Below, piece after piece: positions 23,457 to 31,879 of a stretch of DNA of 35,116 nt. Each line of letters begins with the position of its first letter. The stretch's first letter is position 1. The position numbers and the translations under genes are program-made. This DNA comes from Thermoanaerobaculales bacterium (GTDB taxonomy: Bacteria > Acidobacteriota > Thermoanaerobaculia > Thermoanaerobaculales > Sulfomarinibacteraceae), in assembly GCA_029938595.1 (NCBI GenBank), contig JAOZUP010000002.1:1-35116 (forward strand), given 5' to 3'. The notes beneath the pieces are model-generated. The model did no database searches. It was not told the DNA's origin and saw only the letters and a list, made by a program, of their open reading frames with translations.

Positions 23457-24725
23457 CTACTGTGCGTACGCCAGGAGATCTTTGGCAACGACCGCGTCGG
23501 GGTCATCCGGCGCGAGCTCGATGAATCGTCGCAGGTGGTCTGATGCCGGACCCTCCTGACCGGTGTTGAAAAGGGCCACCCCGAGCAGGTAGTGGGCACG
23601 GGCGTGGTCGGGTTCGACCTCCAGCACTCTCTCCAGCGCCTGCACCGCCTCGTTCGTCTGATCGTTGTTGTACAGCTCCACGGCGATCTGGTACAGCCCG
23701 GTGGCGGCCCACTGCGGGTCTGATGCGGCCAGACCGTCGAGGGCCTTGGCAGCCGTTTCCTGGTCACCCAGACGCAGCGCCGAGTCGTACGTGATGCGCA
23801 GCGCGTCGGCATGGTCCGGCTGCAACTCCAGCACCTCTTCGGCCCTTGCCAGCGCCTCGGAAAGGCTCCCCTCGGCGAAGAAGATCTTCGCCAGTGCCAG
23901 CCGGGCCTGGACCAGGTTGGGGTCGAGATCGGCGGCCTGCTGGAACTTGGAGATGGCGGTGGAAACGTCTCCCGAGTTGTACGCCTCCACACCCTCGTTG
24001 AAGATCAGCGAGGCCATCTCGCTGACGTCACCGAGCTCCCGCAGCGCCTGCGCCGCCTCCTCGGCCTTCACGTCATTTCCGGCCAGGCGGTAAGCGTCGA
24101 ACCGGAGCTGCATCGCGCGGACATCCGTCGGGTCGATGGCCAGCGCCTTCTCCGCCTCGGCAGCAGCAGTCTCATAGTCACCCTGCCTGTGGGCCACTCC
24201 GGCCAGCGAGGTGTGTGCCGCCGCCAGCTCAGGGTTGATCGTCGCTGCATCGCTGTACTTCTTCGCGGCCAGCCCGAGGTCGCCCGCACGTTCCGCTTCA
24301 ACCCCCTCGTTGTAAACGAGGATCGCGCGGCCGGAGCCGCTCAGCGCGGCCTTCTCGGCCGCCGCCTGCTCGTCCGACGTCGCCGGCAGGAGGACATACT
24401 CGACCACCTCGGTGCGGCCCGAAACCGGGTCAACCCGTGCGAGCAGGGTCTTGTAGCCCTCCTTCTTGAGCTCGACCACATAGGCCATGGCGGCGTTTGT
24501 GAATGACAACACGAACTTGCCCTTCGAGTTGGTCGTCTTCTCCAGCTTGAAACCGTCTACTGCCGGGCTGGTCGCGGTGACCTTCACTCCCTCGATCGGG
24601 TTGCCGGCCTGGTCTTCGACCTTGCCGGCTATCCGACCGCCGGCTTGTGCCGCGGCGTCGTTGGTGACCGTGACCAACGTGGCCACGCACAACATAAACA
24701 CGATGCTCCAACTGGCTATCCTCAT
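23457..24725 (-). CDS. secreted CarboxypepD_reg-like domain plus TPR-repeat protein, 422 aa
   Basis: The track ORF 23457..24878 is trimmed to the ATG at 24725 (AAGGGGGG upstream). Signal peptide MRIASWSIVFMLCVATLVTVTNDAAAQA. GRIAGKVEDQAGNPIEGVKVTATSP is a carboxypeptidase-regulatory-like beta-sandwich. About 8 TPR-like units follow. Confidence 0.8.
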   Translation of the reverse strand: MRIASWSIVFMLCVATLVTVTNDAAAQAGGRIAGKVEDQAGNPIEGVKVTATSPAVDGFKLEKTTNSKGKFVLSFTNAAMAYVVELKKEGYKTLLARVDPVSGRTEVVEYVLLPATSDEQAAAEKAALSGSGRAILVYNEGVEAERAGDLGLAAKKYSDAATINPELAAAHTSLAGVAHRQGDYETAAAEAEKALAIDPTDVRAMQLRFDAYRLAGNDVKAEEAAQALRELGDVSEMASLIFNEGVEAYNSGDVSTAISKFQQAADLDPNLVQARLALAKIFFAEGSLSEALARAEEVLELQPDHADALRITYDSALRLGDQETAAKALDGLAASDPQWAATGLYQIAVELYNNDQTNEAVQALERVLEVEPDHARAHYLLGVALFNTGQEGPASDHLRRFIELAPDDPDAVVAKDLLAYAQ

Positions 24726-24855
24726 CGGACCCCCCTTGTATGTCGCGACGGCTCGCTCGGCCTCCCCCGGGGAGCAGCTGCGGCCTCTAATCCACCGCGC
24801 CGGCCCGGGGCCCGCCGCGGTGCGGCGTTCATGGTAGCAAAGAAGAGGACCGATG

Positions 24856-24883
24856 AAAAAACCCCGGCGCCGAGGCACCGGGG
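24856..24883 (-). terminator. intrinsic terminator after the TonB-dependent receptor gene
   Basis: The minus strand reads CCCCGGTG-cctcgg-CGCCGGGG (8-bp stem including one G-U) followed by TTTTTT. It lies 28 nt after the stop. Confidence 0.65.
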
Positions 24884-24910
24884 TCGATGATCGTCAGCGA
24901 TCGAAGTTGA

Positions 24911-27871
24911 TCAGAAGCGGAAGCCCACGGAAACCCGGAAGACGCGAGGAAGCTGGAAGTCACCCTCCCTCTCCGGTTCGCCGAATCTATCGTCCTTGTA
25001 CCAGTTGACACCCTCGACGGGAGTCGTGGTGTAGGGATCGAAGTTCTCGACGCTACGGTCTTCCCGCCAACTGACGGTCCTGGTATTCACGCCAGTAACG
25101 CCATCCTCGTTGAAGACGTTGAGGACCTCTGGCTGGAGATAGATCTCGAAGTTCTTGCCGACGAAGAACGAGATATTGAGAGCGAGATCCGTTCGGTGAA
25201 TGTTGTCGGTACGGTAGGTGTCGCGGGGCTCCCACTGGTAGCTCCCCCAGAGCGGCGGGGTAAGATAGCCTGGGTCCTCGAACCACCAATCGTAACCGCC
25301 ACCCACGAGGACTTGGCTGTTGGCGCCATAGGGCGAGCCGGTCCAGTAGTTTTCGAGCCAGCTGGCGCCGATGTTCCACCTCGCGGTGGAGATGAAGTCC
25401 CACACCAACCAGGCACGCAGCTTGTGGCGCTGGTCGATCGAGAGGTCGCCATCAGCATATAAGCCCGGCGTGTTGTACTCGGGATAATTCAAAATACCCG
25501 AGGTGACCGGACCCGAGCCGCCGGTCTCGCCGTCGAAGTTGCCTTCGGAGCGCGACAAGGAATAGGTGGCGCCGACTTGCAGCCTGTCGCTGAAGCGGTA
25601 CTGGATCGCGGTGTGGAGGCCGTTGTACTCGCGTTTGAGCAAGCTGTTCTCATTCACCACCAAGCTAAGGTCGAAATCCTCATCGATAATCACGCCGGGC
25701 GCCACCTCTTCATGAAAGTTGACGGTGCCGGTGCTGAGGTCGGTTTGGGTGGCGTAGAAGTCGTGGAACTCGCGGTGCACGAGGTCGGCACGGATCAGAC
25801 CCTTGTTGCCGAGGCGCTTAGTGAAACCGACGGTGATCTCATCCGAGTAGGGCGACGCGAGGTTGTCGACTATGGTGTTGACGCCACTGATCCCGGGTGC
25901 GGCGTACCACAGATCGGTGTTGGAAAGACCGCCCACTGAGTCGAACCATTCGAAGACGATCTCCATCGCCTCGGGCGAGGTGTACATGCACAGCTCGGGA
26001 TGATCGGGACCACAGACGTTGACGCCATCGGTGTTGATCAGCGGACCACCGTATGTGTAGCCGAAGTACGAGGGGTTACCGCCGCCACCGCTGTCGGCCA
26101 CGCTGTTGGCGATCGCCGCCACGTAGCGGGCGGCGCTGGCGTTGAGAACCCAATTGCCGTCACCACCGATGTCCCACGACGCACCAAAGCGGGGGCTGAT
26201 CCGGGAGTCTTCGGCGACAACGTTGCCGGCGCCGTCCTTGCCGTCGTTATCGTCGTACCGCAGACCCATGTTGAGGGTCCACTTGGGGCTGACGCGCCAG
26301 GTGTCGTTGACGTACACGGAGTTGGTCTTGAAGTCGGTCCCGTTGCTGGCGATGAAGATGGGCCAATAGTCCAGATCCGCACCGCCGGTGAACACCGGGT
26401 AGAAAATTCCGTCCGGTCCGTAGGTGGGATTGTTGTAGTTCCAGATGAAGAAGTTGGACGGCGACTGGTAGTTGTTGGACAAGCGGACGTCGGTGTAGGA
26501 GTCGATACCGAAGATAATGTCGTGCGTGCCGCTGGACCCACCGAGGAACCAGGAGGCCTTGGCCACCCAGTTCTCCATGCTGCGCTCCTCGTCGCCGCAT
26601 GTGCCGCAGAACACGTCGCTGTTGGCCTGGGCGCCGGACCCCGGGAAGTAGATGACCGTACCGTTGATGCGGTCGCCCGCCTCGGCGGTGCCGCCCGAGT
26701 TGGCAAACGTGAATATACGCTCGGAGTACTGACCCTCGATGAACCAGCTCTCGCTCAGCACGCCGGTGTAGTTGATGGCCATCAGTTCTTGCGGCAACTG
26801 CCGTTCCGGCGACATGGCCCTGGGCTCGAGCGCTGTGAAGAAGTCGTATGGACCCTGGGCACGCTCAAGCTGCATGTATGATCCGATGATGCGGTGGCTG
26901 GTGTGGGGAGACCATGTCAGCTTGCCCTCATACCGCTGCTCCTCATCAGTGTAGGTGTATGGGGAGAGGTCGAACAGCTGGCGCGATGCTTCGGTGGCCG
27001 TGTCACGACCGGCGAGGAAGAACCACAGTTTATCTTTGAGGATGTAGCCGCCGAAGGTGGCCTCCCAGATCTGGTTGGTTTCGTCGACCTGCTCGGTGGT
27101 GAGAGGGGTCTCGCCGTTCCAGCTGTCGTTGGTCAGGCTCAGACGGAGGGATCCGGAGAACTGGTTGCCGCCCGACTTTGTGATCATGTTGACCACGCCG
27201 CCCGAGAAGCGGCCGTACTGGGCCGAGACGCCCGACGCCGAGGTGGTGGTCTCCTCAACCGAGTCCTCGATATAGAGGCTGTACGGCGTGTTGCGGACGT
27301 TGTCGTTGATAACCACGCCGTTGACCAGGAACAGGTTCTCGAACGACTGAGCGCCTGAGATGGAGATGTTGCCGCTGGGACCGGTGCTGTAGGCTCCCGG
27401 TGTCAGCAGAACCGCTTGCCCCATGGTCCGGGCGATCGGGAGCGCATTCATGAGCTCCCCCTGGATGGTGACGTTCGACTGGGTACCGACGCTGACAGTC
27501 TCGTAGTTCCCGGTCACCACGATCTCTTCGCGGACCGCTTCGACATTCATCACGACGTCGATGCTCTTGGTCTGGGCGACCGACACCACGACCGGGATCT
27601 CGAGGGTCGTGAACCCTTCGAGTGTATAGGTGAAGGTGTAATCACCAGGGGGCAGGAAACGGAAGATGTACTCACCGGCTTCACCGGTGACCGCAACCTT
27701 CTGGCCCTGCATCGCCGGCGAGTCGGCGGCGATCGTGACCCCGGGCATGGCCCCATCCTGATGGGTCACCCGGCCCGTGACGGTACCGGTCGGATTCTGC
27801 GCCAGGAGCGGTGCCGCAATGAGCACGCAACCCAGCAACACGATAAAGACAAAAACACGATTTCGCATCAT
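24911..27871 (-). CDS. TonB-dependent outer-membrane receptor with an N-terminal carboxypeptidase-regulatory-like domain (Oar-like), ~985 aa
   Basis: AGGAGG lies upstream, and the second ATG at 27868 has the better spacing. There is a signal peptide, and GTVTGRVTHQDGAMPGVTIAA...GEYIFRFLPPGDYTFTY is the CarboxypepD_reg domain. The plug region is NALPIARTMGQAVLLTPG...ISISGAQSFENLFLVNGVVIND. A long beta-barrel follows, ending in the terminal aromatic ...VSVGFRF. Confidence 0.9.
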   Translation of the reverse strand: MMRNRVFVFIVLLGCVLIAAPLLAQNPTGTVTGRVTHQDGAMPGVTIAADSPAMQGQKVAVTGEAGEYIFRFLPPGDYTFTYTLEGFTTLEIPVVVSVAQTKSIDVVMNVEAVREEIVVTGNYETVSVGTQSNVTIQGELMNALPIARTMGQAVLLTPGAYSTGPSGNISISGAQSFENLFLVNGVVINDNVRNTPYSLYIEDSVEETTTSASGVSAQYGRFSGGVVNMITKSGGNQFSGSLRLSLTNDSWNGETPLTTEQVDETNQIWEATFGGYILKDKLWFFLAGRDTATEASRQLFDLSPYTYTDEEQRYEGKLTWSPHTSHRIIGSYMQLERAQGPYDFFTALEPRAMSPERQLPQELMAINYTGVLSESWFIEGQYSERIFTFANSGGTAEAGDRINGTVIYFPGSGAQANSDVFCGTCGDEERSMENWVAKASWFLGGSSGTHDIIFGIDSYTDVRLSNNYQSPSNFFIWNYNNPTYGPDGIFYPVFTGGADLDYWPIFIASNGTDFKTNSVYVNDTWRVSPKWTLNMGLRYDDNDGKDGAGNVVAEDSRISPRFGASWDIGGDGNWVLNASAARYVAAIANSVADSGGGGNPSYFGYTYGGPLINTDGVNVCGPDHPELCMYTSPEAMEIVFEWFDSVGGLSNTDLWYAAPGISGVNTIVDNLASPYSDEITVGFTKRLGNKGLIRADLVHREFHDFYATQTDLSTGTVNFHEEVAPGVIIDEDFDLSLVVNENSLLKREYNGLHTAIQYRFSDRLQVGATYSLSRSEGNFDGETGGSGPVTSGILNYPEYNTPGLYADGDLSIDQRHKLRAWLVWDFISTARWNIGASWLENYWTGSPYGANSQVLVGGGYDWWFEDPGYLTPPLWGSYQWEPRDTYRTDNIHRTDLALNISFFVGKNFEIYLQPEVLNVFNEDGVTGVNTRTVSWREDRSVENFDPYTTTPVEGVNWYKDDRFGEPEREGDFQLPRVFRVSVGFRF

Positions 27872-28119
27872 TACCTCCTACGTAAACTCCTCGAATTAAT
27901 GGTCGAAACCCCATTGGACACACATCAGAAGCTCTTTTCGGTCCTCCTTCCTCGAGCGGCGGAAACCGCCCCGAGCTCTGAGTTCAGAAAGGTTGACGAT
28001 TCATACATACGTTACCCGAAAGAGAAAAGCACAGATCATGCCAATAACTAAGTCTTTTGATGCCCTCATTAAGCTTCATCCAATCCACCTCGGGTATCCG
28101 GATTTCCGACAACACATCC

Positions 28120-28144
28120 AAAAAACCGGATGCCGCCTCGGCGG
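28120..28144 (-). terminator. possible terminator of the third VWA gene
   Basis: The minus strand reads CCGCCGAGGCGG hairpin, then catccgg, then TTTTTT, about 33 nt after the stop. The stem is short and the spacer before the U-tract is not canonical. Confidence 0.35.
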
Positions 28145-28176
28145 ACGTCAGTTGGTTGAGACGCACATCCATGGAA

Positions 28177-29925
28177 TTATCCATCACGCGACACCGCCCG
28201 ATGGATCGTGTTGTACGACGTCTGTCGAGTCAGCCGGTCCATCACACCGACCACGATCCGGTAGCTCCCGGACCTCATGAGCAACGGCAACTCGATCACA
28301 TAACGTTCGCCGCGGCGCCGTTCGAGATCGTCACGCGCGACCCGTATCTCGTGCTCGCGACGCTGTAGGTCGGACTGCCGGCCCTTTTCGTCGCGAACCG
28401 CCACGAAGACCACCACGCGCCCCACGTACTCCTCACCCTCGGGTACGAGGGCGATCGACTCGAGCGGAAATCCGATTTCGATCGGCAGGATCCAACGTTC
28501 GTCCGCGGCTGGCGCGGCAGGGGTGGTCTCCACCGAAACCGCCATAGGATTGTCGTCTATGTCAAAGGTGAGCCCCGAAAACACCCGGTCCTGGACCTTG
28601 CTTTCAAGCGACTTCTCGACGAAGCTCCGACGATAATTCACCTCGTAGTCGGGGTGACCGGGCAGCCGGACTTCCAGTCGGTGAACCCTGTCCGTCCCAC
28701 TGCCGCTGATCGTGTAGCCCAGAGAGTAGTAGCTGAAAAGGTCCTGCCTGAAAAGATTCAAACCGGCAGTGACATCGTTGACACCGAGGATCGCTCGCCC
28801 GCCGGTCTTTTCAGCGATGTACTGCAGAGGCTCTTGCTGGTTGATCACATAGAGGCCCACCGTGATCGGATCGATGGCCCCGGCATACTCGGCCGAAACG
28901 CCACTGCCGGTTCCCCCCAGACCGCTGGCATCAATGGTGTAAAAAGTGACGCCCTGGGAGTTGGCGGCCGAGGCCAGATTCTGGAAATGCCGCCGACGGT
29001 TGAGGCGCGCCTCCATCGCCAGCGTTGACCGATTCTGGAAGACGGAGCCGAACTGGTACAGCAGGTCTTTCGCCGGCACCATCGGCAAGCCGCTCGAGAC
29101 GTGGATGAGGTACTTTCGCCCGGGCAGGCCCGAGAGCGTCACGGCCACCTCGCGGACCGCATTGATCGCGAAATCGAGCTCGTTGGCGATCACATCCGCA
29201 TAGGAACGGATGCGGCCCTCGAGCTCGATCCGGTCTTGCTCATTCCCCCTCGTGCCCTGCTGCTGCAGCGACGCAAACTCGTTAAGAATCTTCTTTCGTT
29301 CGGTGTCCTGCACGGGGCGGGAAGCGGTCATCGTGCGGACCTCACGCAGGGCGTCTCCGATCTTCCTGGGATCGCCGGTGAACGGTTGCAGCACCTTCGT
29401 TGACCGCTGGTAGCTGACGACCATCACGTTGACGTGGGGATACATGACCTCCCTGAGGAAACTTCGCATTTGGCCCAGGACTCGGTTGCGGTCCATGGGA
29501 CGCAAGTTTTCGTTGTCGATGAAGAGCACGATGTAAACCGGCTTGATCTCCGCTCTCACACTCCCTCCCTGCTCAGTAGCGGGAACTTCATCCCCTGAGG
29601 GCGGGTTTGGACTCGACTCATCCGCCGGCGCTTGGACAATCCTGGAGATCACCTCTTCGGTGTAGAGTGCGAAGTGGCTGAGGTTCCGTTCCGCGCCATC
29701 CTGGGACACCAGGAAATCGCCCACATCGAGATCGGTCACCGCACGCCCGCCCTTGTCGGTGACAAAGACATCGATGTTGACAACCGTCAACTCGACCTCG
29801 TCAACGAAGGCAAGACCACCCACTACCTCGGGCCGGTCGTCCGATGTCGGTGGTGCCGAAGCCCAGGTGCCGGTCGGCGCAAACACCGTCATCAACAACA
29901 TCAGTCCAAGAACTGGTCGCTTCAA
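28177..29925 (-). CDS. exported VWA-domain protein (TIGR03436-like), third paralogue, ~582 aa
   Basis: The track start is the GTG at 29973, which has no SD. I favour the TTG at 29925 (GGAGAG just upstream; LKRPVLGLMLLMTVFAPTGTWA is signal-like). The ATG at 29901 is also possible. The family N-terminus is FVDEVELTVVNIDVFVTDKGGRAVTDLDVGDFLVSQDGAERNLSHF. The MIDAS position reads FIDNENL, which is degenerate. The C-terminus is HRLEVRLPGHPDYEVNYRRSF. Confidence 0.85.
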   Translation of the reverse strand: MKRPVLGLMLLMTVFAPTGTWASAPPTSDDRPEVVGGLAFVDEVELTVVNIDVFVTDKGGRAVTDLDVGDFLVSQDGAERNLSHFALYTEEVISRIVQAPADESSPNPPSGDEVPATEQGGSVRAEIKPVYIVLFIDNENLRPMDRNRVLGQMRSFLREVMYPHVNVMVVSYQRSTKVLQPFTGDPRKIGDALREVRTMTASRPVQDTERKKILNEFASLQQQGTRGNEQDRIELEGRIRSYADVIANELDFAINAVREVAVTLSGLPGRKYLIHVSSGLPMVPAKDLLYQFGSVFQNRSTLAMEARLNRRRHFQNLASAANSQGVTFYTIDASGLGGTGSGVSAEYAGAIDPITVGLYVINQQEPLQYIAEKTGGRAILGVNDVTAGLNLFRQDLFSYYSLGYTISGSGTDRVHRLEVRLPGHPDYEVNYRRSFVEKSLESKVQDRVFSGLTFDIDDNPMAVSVETTPAAPAADERWILPIEIGFPLESIALVPEGEEYVGRVVVFVAVRDEKGRQSDLQRREHEIRVARDDLERRRGERYVIELPLLMRSGSYRIVVGVMDRLTRQTSYNTIHRAVSRDG

Positions 29926-30296
29926 AAACTCTCCACACGGGAAACCGCGGTTGCACCAGCAAACACGACGCACGGACCGTGCAAAGGGATCAGTCTAATG
30001 CGATGTCGTCTCAATAACTCCATCCTCATATTATGATAAGCAATATTCATGCCTTGTACAGCTCTGCATTGCGACAGAAACAGAAAAAATGCGACGGAGA
30101 TTCGACAAGCACCCGATCTTCTCTTAGTTACTGCTAGGAATGAAGTTGTCGGTATTGGTCTGAGAAATAGCTCATTGGCGATCTCAGAATCCGACCTCTG
30201 GTGCGATCACACATCAAACCTCCATCCGAAATACCGAATATCTCGCCGGTGAGTTATCCGGTGAATCGTACGCCATCGCTGTTCGCCACCCTCGCC

Positions 30297-30322
30297 AAAA
30301 CCCGGTGAGAGGTGCGGGCTAG
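30297..30322 (+). repeat. copy c of the conserved intergenic block
   Basis: The sequence is aaaacccggtgagaggtgcgggctag, about 70 nt upstream of the amidohydrolase-like gene start. A degenerate relative, gccggtgagttatccgg, lies at about 30245-30261. Confidence 0.6.
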
Positions 30323-30388
30323 AGGCCCGATCACACGTCCCGCCCCCGTGTTAGGCTGACTTCGATCGAAAGGAATCTCCAACACTCC

Positions 30389-31780
30389 ATGTGCACATCC
30401 AGACTCCTGATCGTCTGCCTCGTCTCGACAATTCTGGTTCTCTTCTCTGCGGCCGCAGCGCCGACGGAAACGCTGGCTATCGTTGGCCCCACGGTCATCG
30501 ATGTGAGCAACTTCGGATATGGCGCCGCCGACATCGAAGACGCCGTGGTGGTGATCGAAGGGGACCTCATCGTTGCCGTCGGCCCGCGCTCAGACGTCGA
30601 GATCCCCCCCGGTTCCGTGGTCCTCGACGGTCGCGGAAAATTCATCGTCCCCGGGCTCACGGACGGCTTTGCCGCCCTGAACAACCAGGCCTACGCCGAT
30701 GCCTATCTCGAGTGCGGTGTGACATCAATCATTGCGGTCTCGGGTGGCAGGCGCGGCCCGCTGGCCGATGATTTGCGCCCGAGCCCCGTCGTCCACCGAC
30801 TGGAATCCGTGGGCGATGAACCGGGCAGTGTTGAAGAGCATCTTGCCGCTCTCGAAAGCCTGGCGGCCGACGGCGTGGACATTGCGCTGTTGATGTATCA
30901 GCTGACGCCGGAACAGCTCGAGATTCTCATCCGCAGAGCCCACGAGTTGGGCATGGGGACGATCGGCGAGTTGGGCCGCACCTCGTACGCAGAGGGTGTG
31001 GTCACCGATCTCGACGCCGTGGTTCACACGACCCGATACTCCCTCGATCTTGCGCCCAAGGCCATGGGCCGAGCCGTCGCCGAGAAACCGTTCAGCAACG
31101 ATCTCGACAGCCCAAAATGGCGCTATTATCAATGGCTGAGCGACCTGTCGCCCCACGATGAACGGCTCGCGGCCTACGCCAATACCCTCGCCGCCGGCAA
31201 AGCGTTCCTGATGCCAACCTTCAGCCTGCTCCACCTCGATCGGCCATGGGCTGGCAACCCGTGGAAGGACTCCGTGGCCCGTCTCCTTGATCCCGCGGAC
31301 ATCGACGCGCCCGCAAACGCCGCCACCGGCCGCCACAGCTATGATGCGGCCCACCAGGTAGCCTATTCTGCCGTGGCGAGGGCACAATTCCTTGTCGAGG
31401 AGGCCTACCATCGTGCCGGCGCCGGCTATCTGGCGGGCAGCGGCACCGACGTCTGGGGCACGATGCCCGGGATTTCGCTTCACTCGGAGCTCGAGAGTCT
31501 CGTTCGTTTGGGTTTGACGCCTCGCGGCGCCCTGGCCGCCGCCACCTCCAATTTCGTGGCCGCTTTCCCCAACTGGGGCCGGCGGGGTGAAGTCAGGGCC
31601 GGATGGGCGGCGGATGTGCTGGTGCTCACCGAGGATCCCCGCGAAGATATCCGCAACCTGCGTGCGATCGAGGCCGTCGTGTTGGCCGGCCACGTGGTTG
31701 AGCGCGCGGGCTCGAGGGAGAACGGCCGTGATCCGTGCGGGAGTCTCCGATCTCATCTCCTGGCGGGAGGATCGTCCTGA
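30389..31780 (+). CDS. exported amidohydrolase-superfamily protein lacking the N-terminal HxH metal motif, 463 aa
   Basis: There is a signal peptide (LLIVCLVSTILVLFSAAAAP). VVLDGRGKFIVPGLTDGFAAL occupies the position where the family normally reads PGLIDxHxH. Later family-typical blocks are GSGTDVWG...GISLHSELESLVRLGLTPRGALAAATSN and DVLVLTEDPREDIRNLRAIEAVVLAGHVV. Confidence 0.8.
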   Translation: MCTSRLLIVCLVSTILVLFSAAAAPTETLAIVGPTVIDVSNFGYGAADIEDAVVVIEGDLIVAVGPRSDVEIPPGSVVLDGRGKFIVPGLTDGFAALNNQAYADAYLECGVTSIIAVSGGRRGPLADDLRPSPVVHRLESVGDEPGSVEEHLAALESLAADGVDIALLMYQLTPEQLEILIRRAHELGMGTIGELGRTSYAEGVVTDLDAVVHTTRYSLDLAPKAMGRAVAEKPFSNDLDSPKWRYYQWLSDLSPHDERLAAYANTLAAGKAFLMPTFSLLHLDRPWAGNPWKDSVARLLDPADIDAPANAATGRHSYDAAHQVAYSAVARAQFLVEEAYHRAGAGYLAGSGTDVWGTMPGISLHSELESLVRLGLTPRGALAAATSNFVAAFPNWGRRGEVRAGWAADVLVLTEDPREDIRNLRAIEAVVLAGHVVERAGSRENGRDPCGSLRSHLLAGGSS

Positions 31781-31879
31781 AATGGACGAGGTCTTTGCCG
31801 AAGTTATCCCAGGAGTGGTTGGACCGCTTCGTGCGCGACGGTGAAGAACCGCCGGTCCTCGAACCCCACGGAGACTGAC

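Noticed and set aside
27984-28187. 67-aa minus-strand ORF in the spacer between the VWA and TBDR genes; also the 67-aa ORF at 30049..30252 (+)
   Set aside because: Neither has an SD. Both overlap a putative terminator or promoter region and have odd composition, so they are most likely non-coding spacers.
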